This document shows positions 11,031 to 23,797 of a stretch of 64,000 bases of DNA, in pieces. Position numbers and translations under genes: made by a program. The notes beneath the pieces were generated by a model. That model did no database searches and had not been told where the DNA came from. It saw only the letters and a program-made list of their open reading frames with translations. This DNA is from Macrostomum hystrix (lineage: Eukaryota > Animalia > Platyhelminthes). Numbering within the stretch: the first letter of the stretch is position 1; every line of letters begins with the position of its first letter. The stretch covers positions 5,952,001 to 6,016,000 of the forward strand of contig CATNEN010000005.1 of assembly GCA_950097015.1 (NCBI GenBank), read 5' to 3'.

Positions 11031-11812
11031 CGATGCGACTTCAGCACACGCAGTTTGTAAGCTCTGAACAGTTCTAGACGAAACTGAAGTAAAAAATCAA
11101 CTCGTGCACATCAGTTTGTTTTAAATTGCAAAACAACTTTCTCTTTTCCAAAGCATCCTTGACTGCTTTCAGGCCTCCAAATCAATGCAGCGCGCCTTGA
11201 ACTGGCAATTCTTCAGTTGCTGGGCTGCATAATCGCCTTGGATTTGTTTAAGAACTATTTTACCAACAGAGGATTTTTAATATCTAACTTTTAATTCAGC
11301 GAGAATTCGCTACCACTGTTTTTAACTGACAATTAATTTAATTACAATCACACTTAATTTAACTGAATTTAATTTAAAATAGAAGTTCTTGGAAGATAAC
11401 TACTTGTACGAGCCGTATATCAAAAAACTATATTTGCTTGCTTTTTACTCGATTTGTTCGGTATTTTAAACTATTCCATTTTTTTGAACTTTGTTGAGGT
11501 ACCCCTGTGCGTTGAATTTAAAATTCAGAAACTGCCTTCAACATTGACAATGCTTTTGTGCCATCACGCTTCACTTTCTACAATTTTCTAGTGTCTTGAA
11601 ATGCTTGCTGAATTTCTTGTGCTCACTGGCACCTCAGTGTGCTCAAGCCCCACCCTGAGCTCGTGTCCGCTTTTACTTGAGTACTTAACAAGCTTTCGTA
11701 TATTTTCTGGTGCTTTTTGGTGATGACAAAGAAATATTTCCTTGCTGGTGAAATTTACAGCTTCTCAAACTCTGGCAGATTGAGCACTGATTGACAGTTT
11801 GATCGAGTAATG

Positions 11813-12445
11813 AGTCTAGAATCCCCTGTGTGAGCAGTCTAGAATCCTCTGTGTGAGCAGTCTAGAATCCCCTATGCAAAGCAGTCTAGAATCCCCTGTG
11901 CAAAGCAGTCTAGAATCCCCTGTGCAAAGCAGTCTAGAATCCCCTGTGCAAAGCAGTCTAGAATCCCTTGTGCAAAGCAGTCTAGAATCCCTTGTGCAAA
12001 GCAGTCTAGAATCCCCTGTGCAAAGCAGTCTAGAATCCCCTGTGCAAAGCAGTCTAGAATCCCCTGTACAAAGCAGTCTAGAATCCCCTGTGCAAAGCAG
12101 TCTAGAATCCCCTGCGCAAAGCAGTCTAGAATCCACTGTGCAAAGCAGTCTAGAATCCCCTGTGCAAAGCAGTCTAGAATCCCCTGTGCAAAGCAGTCTA
12201 GAATCCCCTGTGCAAAGCAGTCTAGAATCCCCTGTGCAAAGCAGTCTAGAATCCCCTGTGCAAAGCAGTCTAGAATCCCCTGTGCAAAGCAGTCTAGAAT
12301 CCACTGTGCAAAGCAGTCTAGAATCCCCTGTGCAAAGCAGTCTAGAATCCCCTGTGCAAAGCAGTCTAGAATCCCCTGTGCAAAGCAGTCTAGAATCCCC
12401 TGTGCAAAGCAGTCTAGAATCCCCTGTACAAAGCAGTCCAGAATC
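11813..12445. repeat. Minisatellite B, 24-bp unit AGTCTAGAATCCCCTGTGCAAAGC
   Basis: Direct inspection, ~26 copies. Confidence 0.95.
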
Positions 12446-12654
12446 TATAAATTCAGTTTTTAGAAATTGAATAAGCATTTTTCGCTTTTAAAATTTTCAA
12501 AGAGCCAAAAACAAGCACTTTCCTTTAGATATAGACCTTTGACTTGGTTTTGTTTTTTTAATTTATTTCAGTTGTTCTTTTCTTAACTGCTCCTATTGTG
12601 CACACCTTTTTAAGAACTAACAAGATTACATGCTTATCATTTAATCTATCTTTA

Positions 12655-13170
12655 CTCACATGTTTATCTTGTGTTTACAGACCCAGCTCACATGTTTATC
12701 TTGTGTTTACAGCCCTAGCTCACATGTTTATCTTGTGTTTACAGCCCTAGCTCACATGTTTATCTTGTGTTTACAGCCCCAGCTCACATGTTTATCTTGT
12801 GTTTACAGACCCAGCTCACATGTTTATCTTGTGTTTACAGCCCTAGCTCACATGTTTATCTTGTGTTTACAGCCCTAGCTCACATGTTTATCTTGTGTTT
12901 ACAGCCCAGCTCACATGTTTATCTTGTGTTTACAGACCCAGCTCACATGTTTATCTTGTGTTTACAGCCCTAGCTCACATGTTTATCTTGTGTTTACAGA
13001 CCCAGCTCACATGTTTATCTTGTGTTTACAGCCCTAGCTCACTTGTTTATCTTGTGTTTACAGCCCTAGCTCACATGTTTATCTTGTGTTTACAGCCCAG
13101 CTCACATGTTTATCTTGTGTTTACAGCCCTAGCTCACATGGTTATCTTGTGTTTACGGCCCTAGCTCACT
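12655..13170. repeat. Minisatellite C, 32-bp unit CTCACATGTTTATCTTGTGTTTACAGCCCTAG
   Basis: Direct inspection, ~16 copies; recurs at 38475-38960 and 60058-61085. Confidence 0.95.
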
Positions 13171-13884
13171 CATTTCTAACACTAAATTGTTTTACAACAG
13201 TGTTCGGGTGTCTAATGGCATGAATGCTGCTTCACAATGTCGAGTGTACAGTTTTCGAGTTGTATTTGAGCAGTTTTAGTCATGAATTGATCAGAATATT
13301 CAAAATTATCTTGACTGAATCTGATCTGACACATGAGTGAAGCAGCAGCTGTCATCCAATGAACCGAGTCCTGTTTCAAATCCCATGACTATTTTCTCCC
13401 CAGAAATGAATTATCCAGACTAAAAGCTGATTGACAGGAGCAATCGATGCTTATCCCAGCCATTTGCTCAAAATCTAAATAAATTATATTGTTATAAAAG
13501 TCTCAGACTCGAACTCTGAGATTTATTGACACCTTCTGATTAGAAACCTAATGTCTCTGACTTGCCTGATGATTCACTCACTCAGTTGGCACAATGTCAC
13601 AATTGTTGCTCTTGAGCCCGAGTCCTTGAAATTACGTTGTTTCATAAGACTTTATGCAGCTGAGGTTAGCTATGTTGCCTCGGACTCTCAAGACAAACAT
13701 AAAGTACGAGTGTCAAGAGAAGTCAACTCAGATTTTTGTTTAGTAGGCTAATAGGCTAATGGAGAAGAGAGAGAGGGTGGGAGGGGCAGAGGGGCCGACC
13801 TCTCAGGGCTAGCAAACGTTCAACTGGCGTGGATGTGCATAAGCCTACGCGAAGCCTTCTCAACAAGTCAAGTAGTTCGTAGAG

Positions 13885-14702
13885 TTGTGGAGTTTCTGGT
13901 TTGCTTCTGGTTAGGTTGTGGAGTTTATGAGTATGGTTGTGGAGTTTCTGAGTAAGGTTGTGGAGTTTATGAGTAAGGTTGTGGAGTTTCTGAGTAAGGT
14001 TGTGGAGCTTCTGAGTAAGGTTGTGGAGTTTATGAGTAAGGCTGTGGAGTTTCTGAGTAAGGTTGTGGAGTTTATGAGTAAGGCTGTGTGGTTTATGAGT
14101 AAGGTTGTGGAGTTTCTGAGTAAGGCTGTGGAGTTTATGAGTAAGGTTGTGGAGTTTCTGAGTAAGGCTGTGGAGTTTCTGAGTAAGGCTGTGGAGTTTA
14201 TGAGTAAGGCTGTGAAGTTTCTGAGTAAGGCTGTGGAGTTTCTGGTAGGTCGTGGAGTTTCTGGTAGGTCGTGGAGTTTCTGGTAGGTCGTGGAGTTTCT
14301 GGTAGGTCGTGGAGTTTCTGGTAGGTCGTGGAGTTTCTGGTAGGTCGTGGAGTTTCTGGTAGGTCGTGGAGTTTTTGGATAGGTCGTGGAGTTTCTGAGG
14401 TCGTGGAGTTTCTGGTAGGTCGTGGAGTTTCTGGTAGGTCGTGGAGTTTCTGGTAGGTCGTGGAGTTTCTGGTAGGTCGTGGAGTTTCTGGTAGGTCGTG
14501 GAGTTTCTGGTAGGTCGTGGAGTTTCTGGTAGGTCGTGGAGTTTCTGGTAGGTCGTGGAGTTTCTGGTAGGTCGTGGAGTTTCTGGTAGGTCGTGGAGTT
14601 TCTGGTAGGTCGTGGAGTTTCTGGTAGGTCGTGGAGTTTCTGGTAGGTCGTGGAGTTTCTGGTAGGTCGTGGAGTTTTCGGATAGGTTGTGGAGTTTCTG
14701 AG
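13885..14702. repeat. Minisatellite E: 21-bp GTTGTGGAGTTTCTGAGTAAG grading into 19-bp GTCGTGGAGTTTCTGGTAG
   Basis: Direct inspection; recurs at 62025-62652; absent from unit 2. Confidence 0.93.
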
Positions 14703-17416
14703 AGGTTTCTAAAGGTAACTACTAAACTAAAGGTGTGTACTTAAATTGAATGCTCAGGAATTTAAAATTCGTAAGACCCTAATCTAGAAATTTGCCTAAA
14801 GCATACATTGCTTTCCTGAACTTTTTTCTCTAACTAGAAAATGAGGATTGGTTCATCAAAATCCTTTGTTACGTTACGACTCATTCGTTAATTTTTTTCT
14901 AATCTAAAAGCTTCCTGAATTTTATTGGCGCGTCTATGATTACAACCATAAAAGTATGTGAAGCTAAGCCATTTTTGTTAATCTGCAATAAAGTCTAATT
15001 ATAAACAGACACGAAATACTTTTGACAAACTTTAAAAGGCGAACTGTGATTAAGATTACCATATGCATGTCGCAATGAACAACACAATGATCTGCACCCA
15101 CTGGGAAAAAAGCAGGCGGCCCGCTTACGGCGGAGCAGCGTGGCGTAGAGTCTGTGCCGAAGTCGGGATGCGCCACGCTTAGCAAGCGGCTAGCACGCTA
15201 TGGTGGCTGCAAAGTCGCAGTCTGGCCGTGTGAGAGATACAATTCAGACTACTGACAACAGTAGAAAAGCAGGGACTTGGCTGCAAAACTCTCACATAAC
15301 ACTAAAAAATATCGCCATAAAAATGACAATCTTAAAAGAGACTTCTGTGCACACTGAGAGTGGTGGGAGAGGACTGCGTGTGGCTATGGCTGACTGACGA
15401 AGGCAAACAAGCCAGAAACCGGTCTCGGTCTGCCAGCGCGAGGTTCGTTCCCCACTTTTAGTGTGTTACAGGCCGAATGCTAGCCGAAAGCGGTATCTAC
15501 ATTTCGAAGCGTTGCCACCTTAGTGCCGAATTGCAAGCCTGTATGCATTGGCACTGGATGCTGACCAAATAAGAACACAATGAAAGGACAGAACAGAATA
15601 AAACAGGAGGCACTTATCATTGAGCAGACATCAGACAAAAACGAGCCCGAGAATAAACTGCTCAATAGTAAATTTATTAGCAGCAGAGCTCGAAATTAGT
15701 TATATTTTATTTACAAATGACTAATTAGTCGATAACAATAGCGAGTATTCGAAGATTTTGAAAAATAAACTAGCTATATGCTTAACTGCGAAGCATAAGG
15801 AAATTATAGAAAACAGAGTGAATAACATTTGCCTAATAAAAATATTAATCGACAAGTTTGAGGAATCGCCATGCTCCTTTGGGAGGGCAACTGCTTTTCC
15901 ATCTGGTATACCAGAGACGATTTGGCGGCAAGTAGTGTAAGTGCCTTATGTGTAGCAGGCGCGACTCACACGGATATTCATAAAGGTTGCAACGAAGAAT
16001 ATTAATTGTTCGTTATACCGCCATGACAATCAACAGAATTTGCCCCTTCACGGCCTTCAGTTGCACCAATATAATGCGACTCAGGACGGTAATGACTTCT
16101 GAATCCTGTAGAAAACCGGCAAATCTTAGTGATAATCCCCTCCACTGGAACATGTTTCCACTTGACACTCCTGCAGTAGGTTCAGACAACACCAGGATTT
16201 TCTTCAGCCAAAGCTAATTGCACAATTACTGCATTGACAGGTTTACTGTCTTATTTAGCAGTAATTGCCAGCCGAAATGACTGACTAGCAAGACTGCCAA
16301 TTCCATGATGTATAAACTAGTTCATAAATAGAAAACTGGCTGAACTTTGACTTTTTGTCTTCAGGAAAGTATAGAGTAGAGCACACTGCCTATTTTCAAA
16401 TGCTAACTTTGAAAAGGATTGTAGAACAAGTAGCTGAAATGAATAAAATATAAATGAGTGATAGCATACAGATAATTTGTTAGCTAAGCAATTGTTTTAC
16501 CTAGCAAAAGTGGCTCTAATGCTATAGTAGAATGCCTGCCGTAACGGCCACCGTAACGCTGCAACGGATAGAAGAGACGCTGATTGCGGGCCGACTACGC
16601 AATGGCTACAGAATAGAATAGAATGCGACATTATCAGTCGAGCCGCCTGCTATCCGCTTACTCATTTCCCATTGGGCAGCCGTTGATTAGCGCTAAATGC
16701 CCATTTGCACAGCAAAAACAAAATTAAAAAGCTCGTATCTCATGTCAGTACGCAACGATTATTGCAAAAATGTTTATACAAAGATAAATCAGTTCTTTTG
16801 GAAGGGCCGAGCATATTTAATCTACAGAAAAGCAAAACAGTTGCTGCTTCCGAGCCTAGCTCTCGCAGCTGTCTTTGTACCTCACTATACGAGTATGCCA
16901 ACTGCAACAATAAGCCACAATGAGCATAAGACTCAGAGACTAAAACTGTTTGCAGCTATAAAAATGGAGGCTGTCGAGGCTTTGAAATCTTTCGCCCAAG
17001 AAAAACTTTATTCATAAAGGAAAGCCGAATCGAGCACAGACTCTTAATTGAGGCTCGAGTAGTGCTCTAGCTGCTCAGCCGTGTTCTCGAACTCAACTCG
17101 GGGTTTGGTGGGTCCTTTGTGTAGCCGCACAGATTCTCTCTTGTGTTGAGGCACAAGTTGAGTACAGGACTCATTCTTTTAAATGCTGAGCAGCCAGGAA
17201 TGTATTTTACCTGGCATTGAAACTGATGCAAATGGAGGCTGCGAATGGGGGATAGTCATTTTGTCTCCTACTCAAACTCAACTCAACTAGTAAGTCTACT
17301 CAGTGCAGGCATGCAGAAATATTTCTATATGAGCTCAGAAAGCATTGCGATAGAGGAGCCCTAAAAACTGATGCACACAGTCGCAATGCAGTGTGGCCTG
17401 CGATGCCCATCCTTCT

Positions 17417-17616
17417 GTTGCTAGGCAACAATAAACAAACTGGCGCCAATTTAAGAGCCGGAGTGGAGCATCGTTTCGCTCTTCATTTGCGACGGCAGCT
17501 TTCAAGCAGCCGACTGACCGACATCCACCGACCGAGTCTCTCCGTTGCTAGGCGACTCTCTCCGTTGCTAGGCGAGACTCTCCGGATCTCCCGTTGCTGC
17601 TGTAGTGCAGGTGAGG
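17417..17616 (+). promoter_or_regulatory. RFX X-box cluster 1 (GTTGCTAGGCAAC at 17417, half-sites at 17544 and 17564) followed by donor-like CAG/GTGAGG at 17611
   Basis: Reverse complement GTTGCCTAGCAAC fits the RFX X-box consensus; same arrangement at 42348-42547. Confidence 0.45.
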
Positions 17617-17762
17617 GGGTTAATTGCTGAACTAGTTTCCATAAACTACAAAACAGTGCTTTACTCTCTTAATGCTGTTATTTCTAACCAACAGTAGGTA
17701 TATTAGTAGTTTGTTAAACTATGCTTTAGCTGGATTTCAGAAACACAATCCTGACAGATAAA

Positions 17763-19369
17763 ATGAGAGACACAATGACATGAAATGTGAGACACAATGA
17801 CATGAAATGAGAGACACAATGACATGAAATGAGAGACACAATGACATGAAATGAGAGACACAATGACATGAAATGAGAGACACAATGACATGAAATGAGA
17901 GACACAATGACATGAAATGAGAGACACAATGACATGAAATGAGAGACACAATGACATGAAATGAGAGACACAATGACATGAAATGAGAGACAGAATGACA
18001 TAAAATGAGAGACACAATGACATGAAATGAGAGACACAATGACATGAAATGAGAGACACAATGACATGAAATGAGAGACACAATGACATGAAATGAGAGA
18101 CACAATGACATGAAATGAGAGACACAATGACATGAAATGAGACACAATGACATGAAATGAGAGACACAATGACATGAAATGAGAGACACAATGACATGAA
18201 ATGAAAGACACAATGACATGAAATGAGAGACACAATGACATGAAATGAGAGACACAATGACATGAAATGAGAGACACAATGACATGAAATGAAAGACACA
18301 ATGACATGAAATGAGAGACACAATGACATGAAATGAGAGACAGAATGACATGAAATGAGAGACACAATGACATGAAATGAGAGACACAATGACATAAAAT
18401 GAGAGACACAATGACATGAAATGAGAGACACAATGACATGAAATGAGAGACACAATGACATGAAATGAGAGACACAATGACATGAAATGAGAGACACAAT
18501 GACATGAAATCAGAGACACAATGACATGAAATGAGAGACACAATGACATGAAATGAGAGACACAATGACATGAAATGAGAGACACAATGACATGAAATGA
18601 GAGACACAATGACATGAAATGAGAGACACAATGACATGAAATGAGAGACACAATGACATGAAATGAGAGACACAATGACATGAAATGAGAGACAGAATGA
18701 CATAAAATGAGAGACACAATGACATGAAATGAGAGACACAATGACATGAAATCAGAGACACAATGACATGAAATGAGAGACACAATGACATGAAATGAGA
18801 GACACAATGACATGAAATGAGAGACACAATGACATGAAATGAGAGACACAATGACATGAAATGAGAGGCACAATGACATGAAATGAGAGACACAATGACA
18901 TGAAATGAGAGACACAATGACATGAAATGAGAGACAGAATGACATAAAGTGAGAGACACAATGACATGAAATGAGAGACACAATGACATGAAATGAGAGA
19001 CAGAATGACATGAAATGAGAGACACAATGACATGAAATGAGAGACACAATGACATGAAATGAGAGACACAATGACATGAAATGAGAGACACAATGACATG
19101 AAATGAGAGACACAATGACATGAAATGAGAGACACAATGACATGAAATGAGAGACACAATGACATGAAATGAGAGACACAATGACATGAAATGAAAGACA
19201 CAATGACATGAAATGAGAGACACAATGACATGAAATGAGAGACACAATGACATGAAATGAAAGACACAATGACATGAAATGAGAGACACAATGACATGAA
19301 ATGAAAGACACAATGACATGAAATGAGAGACACAATGACATGAAATGAGAGACACAATGACATGAGATG
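17763..19369. repeat. Minisatellite F, 22-bp unit ATGACATGAAATGAGAGACACA
   Basis: Direct inspection, ~73 highly homogeneous copies; recurs at 42697-44519. Confidence 0.97.
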
Positions 19370-19952
19370 AGGCCTAATTTAGTCTCCAAAGTTGGCATCT
19401 GAGCTAATTTTGCAATATTTCTTCGCGAATACATTAAAAGTCCATCTTCAAGACCTCACAGAAAGTCTAATCTTAGTATTTTAGAAAATTATTCTTCAAG
19501 CAATGGCCCTCTCACCCAAATACACCCAAAGCAATTCGCACAGAACAATGGACAGCAACAATGAACCCACAGCCGAAACTGTTTTGCAGCAATAAAATAT
19601 TCAATGGCGAGTTTGAGCAGGCTAACTCATGCTTTGTCTTCGTCTCAAACTCAACTCGAGTCTTCTCTGTGCAGATTGAAGCAAGCCCCTCAACCTGTGT
19701 GCTCAAAGTGAGCAGTGTTTAATCTCTCATGTGGCATTGAAACTGTAGCGAATGGAAGCTGAGAATGGGTTGGACAAAGTACTTTTGTCACCGACTCAAA
19801 CCCATCTCAGATGCTTTAGTAGGCCATGCAGACCTGTCTCCGTATGGACTCAGTGTTCATGTACTTTAATCAGCTCATAGGATGTTTGAGTAGCACAAAC
19901 TGGAGCACACAGTCGCAATGCAGTGTAGAATGTATGCTCAGCCCATGCTTCT

Positions 19953-20177
19953 GTTGCTAGGCAACAAATAGACAAATTAGCACCGATTCAAAGTTACTGT
20001 GAAGTATCCGTTTTCTCTTCATTCACAGCCAACTGAATCATTTTTTAAACTGCTGAAGCCTCTGAGTCTGTCTGTTGCTAGGCGAGTCTCTCCGTTGCTA
20101 GGTGAGTCTTTCCATTGCTAGGCGAGTCTCTCCGGATCGCCCATTGCTGGCAGTGTCCAGAGGACTCAAAGGTAAGT
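19953..20177 (+). promoter_or_regulatory. RFX X-box cluster 2 (full site 19953, half-sites 20074, 20094, 20114) followed by strong donor AAG/GTAAGT at 20172
   Basis: Same motif and layout as cluster 1; conserved at 45102-45306. Confidence 0.45.
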
Positions 20178-21222
20178 AAATTTAACTTTTTAGTTCAACA
20201 GCTTCCGGCTTTTGTAAGCACATCCAAGATCTTTAATCATAGTTTAAAGTCTGCATACTTTAAGTTACTTGTATCGTCATTTCCATTTGCCAATAGCTAC
20301 TTCACCAGCTGTTACAGTATTTAGGACAAAATATGTATTTATATGGGCTGGCCTGGCGGTGCAATCAGAGTGGAAAAAGTTGTCTTTTACAATTCCGTTT
20401 TCTGGAAGCCATTTGCTACTTTCTACTGTAAGTAGTGCTGATTAGGCATACCTTTTTAGACTACCATATCTTAGGCTATTATATTATTATTCCGATGAAC
20501 TGTAAACAGTGTGCAACAACTACAAATCATGAAGATTGCGGTGAAAAAGAGATATAAGTGGAAAAATATTTAAAAGAAAAGAAAAAATAGGACAAAATTG
20601 CGAGTGTAAATGAATGCTAAATAGAAGGGAAGAGAGAGGAGGAGAGAAGAAGAAGGAGTATCGAATTCTCAAGCATCATGTTCTATTTCATTTCTAGGCT
20701 GATAGAAGATAGGAGCTAACGGAGATAGATGGGTAGGAGACTGAAGAAATTGTTTCAATCGGGATCATTTATCAATGGGAATAATTCCTCAATAGGGATA
20801 ATTTGTCAGAGGAAAGTTTGATAAAATATGATCATTTGTCCGTGGGAAATCTAACGTCATGGGACAATTTTATCGCGGGAAAAATAGAAAATTGTGTCAA
20901 TTAATAAAACGAGAAAGTGAAATTTATTCTACATTGATAATTTTACAATTTTACGTGTAATAATTTGACAAAGAAGTATCCTTGTCGAAGAAGATAATTT
21001 GCCCAGGAAGGATAATTTAAACCAAGGGCTTTAGACAAAGGGGACACTTTCTCAAATGAGGATATATCGATTAAGGGACTTTAAGGAAAACAGATAAGTA
21101 TGTACAAAGAGACAGAGAATGTAAAATCAGGAACGATATACCACAATTAAATTTGACACACCAATTTTAAACTATTTGACCCGGGCGAATAAATTAATGA
21201 AAGAAGTAAAACCCAGCTGTTT

Positions 21223-22120
21223 TACTTGCTGTAGTACTGTAGTGATATTATACTTGCAGTAGTACTGTAGTGATATTATACTTGCAGTAGTACTGTAGTG
21301 ATATTGTACTTGCAGTAGTACTGTAGTGATATTATACTTGCAGTAGTACTGTAGTGATATTGCACTTGCAGTAGTACTGTAGTGATATCATACTTGCAGT
21401 AGTACTGTAGTGATATTATACTTGCAGTAGTACTGTAGTGATATCATACTTGCAGTAGTACTGTAGTGATATTATACTTGCAGTAGTACTGTAGTGATAT
21501 TATACTTGCAGTAGTACTGTAGTGATATTATACTTGCAGTAGTACTGTAGTGATATCATACTTGCAGTAGTACTGTAGTGATATTATACTTGCAGTAGTA
21601 CTGTAGTGAAATCATACTTGCAGTAGTACTGTAGTGATATTATACTTGCAGTAGTACTGTAGTGATATTATCCTTGGAGTAGTACTGTAGTGATATAATA
21701 CTTGCAGTAGTACTGTAGTGATATTATACTTGCAGTAGTACTGTAGTGATATTATCCTTGGAGTAGTACTGTAGTGATATAATACTTGCAGTAGTACTGT
21801 AGTGATATTGTGCTTGCAGTAGTACTGTAGTGATATAATACTTGCAGTAGTACTGTAGTGATATTGTACTTGCAGTAGTACTGTAGTGAAATCATACTTG
21901 CAGTAGTACTGTAGTGATATTGTACTTGCAGTAGTACTGTAGTGATATTATACTTGCAGTAGTACTGTAGTGATATTATACTTGCAGTAGTACTGTAGTG
22001 ATATTGTACTTGCAGTAGTACTGTAGTGATATTGTACTTGCAGTAGTACTGTAGTGACATTGTACTTGCAGTAGTACTGTAGTGATATTGTACTTGCAGT
22101 AGTATTGAGTGATAATTTGC
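21223..22120. repeat. Minisatellite G, 28-bp quasi-palindromic unit TACTTGCAGTAGTACTGTAGTGATATTA
   Basis: Direct inspection, ~32 copies; recurs at 46396-47630. Confidence 0.96.
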
Positions 22121-22275
22121 TTGCAGCATTGCTGCAGTATGAAGGGATTATTTGAGGCAAAAAGAGAGAAAGAATATGTTGGCGTTTAATTAGACTATTT
22201 TTTAACATCATATTTTCTTATTCAGTTTCGGCAGCCTTCTAACTGCTCTCGCACTGACAGCCTCTGAGTCTCAGC

Positions 22276-22392
22276 GTTGCTAGGCGAGTCTCCCCCGTTG
22301 CCCGGCGAGTGTCTCCGTTGCTAGGCGAGTCTCAGCAAGTCGCTCACCGCTGCTGTTGCAGCTGCGGCTGCATCGCGGACTCATCGGTGAGT
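22276..22392 (+). promoter_or_regulatory. X-box half-site cluster 3 (22276, 22297, 22317) followed by donor TCG/GTGAGT at 22387
   Basis: GTTGCTAGGCG half-sites ~20 bp apart; expanded to 7 half-sites at 47787-47920 with donor at 47980. Confidence 0.4.
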
Positions 22393-22565
22393 GTTGTTGG
22401 CATTGTAGTTTGCAATTGACTGGAAAAGTACAATTTGCATACTGGCGTTTGCTGACTCTGACCATAGACACCAATAGGAAATAAAGTGCGAATTTACTGA
22501 TTGGACGGGTTTGAAGCTTTTTGCTGAAATGGTAGATTTACGCACTAGGAAGCCTAGCATAAGTG

Positions 22566-22805
22566 CATTGATTTATGACCAAGTGTGTGTGCGCAAGACC
22601 AGTTCCTTCGGCCCATAGACAATACCCGTCTGGGATTTACTGCATAGTAGCTCAGAAGAGGGATGGCACGGAGATCAAGTGGGGCATCATTTACCGCACA
22701 GTTGCGGAATTTACTGCACACTTCAATCTATTTCTTTGATGGCCTTTGGGCCATAAACTATACACGAGCTTGAGACGTTTACGCACACTTGGTTACATGT
22801 CAATG
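22566..22805. mobile_element. MITE-like insert with imperfect ~25-bp terminal inverted repeats
   Basis: Left CATTGATTTATGACCAAGTGTG vs reverse complement of right end CATTGACATGTAACCAAGTGTG; segment 22531-22806 is absent from homologous sites at ~48095 and ~49830; no TSD identified. Confidence 0.4.
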
Positions 22806-22904
22806 GGCTGGTGGAATTTCGCTGGCGAGCTTTGTTTACAGTTTAGGCGGAAATTCTTCGTTTGGTTGTACAGTTGCCGACTGGGGCGAATATTTTGAGA
22901 ACTG

Positions 22905-23797
22905 AAGGGATAATTTGCGGATTTAGGGGATAATTCGCGGATATCGGGGATAATTCACAGATTTAGGGGATAATTCGTGTATTTAGGGGATAATTCGCAG
23001 ATTTAGGGGATACTTCGCGGGGATAATTAGGGGATAATTTAGGGGATAATTCACGGATTTAGGGGATAATTCGCGGATTTAGAAGATAACTCGCGGATTT
23101 AGAGGATAATTCGCGGATTTAGAGGATAATTCGCGGATTTAGAGGATAATTCGCGGATTTCGGGGATAATTCACAGATTTAGGGGATAATTCGCGGGTAT
23201 AATTAGGGGATAATTTAGGGGATAATTTGCGGATTTCGGTGATAATTCGCGGGTTTAGGGGATAATTCGTGTATTTAGGGGATAATTCGCAGATTTAGGG
23301 GATACTTCGCGGGGATAATTAGGGGATAATTTAGGGGATAATTCGCGGATTTAGGGGACAACTCGCGGATTTAGGGAATAATTCGCGGATTTAGAAAATA
23401 ACTCGCGGATTTAGGGGATAATTCGCGGATTTAGAGGATAATTCGCGGAAATCGGGGATAATTCGCGGATTTAGGGGACAACTCGTGGATTTAGGGGATA
23501 ATTCGCGGATTTAGAAGATAACTCGCGGATTTAGGGGATAATTCACGGATTTGGAGAATAATTCGCGGAAATCGGGGATAATTCGCGGATTTAAAGCACA
23601 ATTCGCGGAAATCGGGGATAATTCACGGGTTTAGGGGATAACTCGCGGATTTAGGGGATAATTCGCGGATTTAGAAGATAACTCGCGGATTTAGAGGATA
23701 ATTCGCGGAAATCGGGGATAATTCGTGGATTTACTGGATTATTCGCGGATTTAGAGGATAATTCGCGGTTTTAATGGATAATTTGTGGATTTACTGT
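22905..23797. repeat. Minisatellite H, 20-bp unit TTTAGGGGATAATTCGCGGA (left arm)
   Basis: Direct inspection; degenerate copies. Confidence 0.9.

Noticed and set aside
11816-12478. SSLESPVQ and LCTGDSRL repeat ORFs
   Set aside because: A 24-bp unit gives open frames by chance; the frame is not kept in the 23-bp versions of units 2 and 3
15378-15460. tRNA or SINE-like A/B boxes (TGGCTGACTGA...GGTTCGTTCC, TTTT)
   Set aside because: B box lacks the conserved A and no cloverleaf can be folded
16697-17017. ORFs conserved between units (16697-17017 vs 41628-41942; 15987-16217 vs 40920-41150; 15758-15940 vs 40691-40873)
   Set aside because: Conservation reflects recent segmental duplication; AT-rich, no recognisable motifs
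17703-19434. Cys/His-rich ORFs in satellite F (also 42612-44584) and ORFs in satellites C, E, G, H'
   Set aside because: All frames are open because the monomers lack stops on that strand; no coding signature
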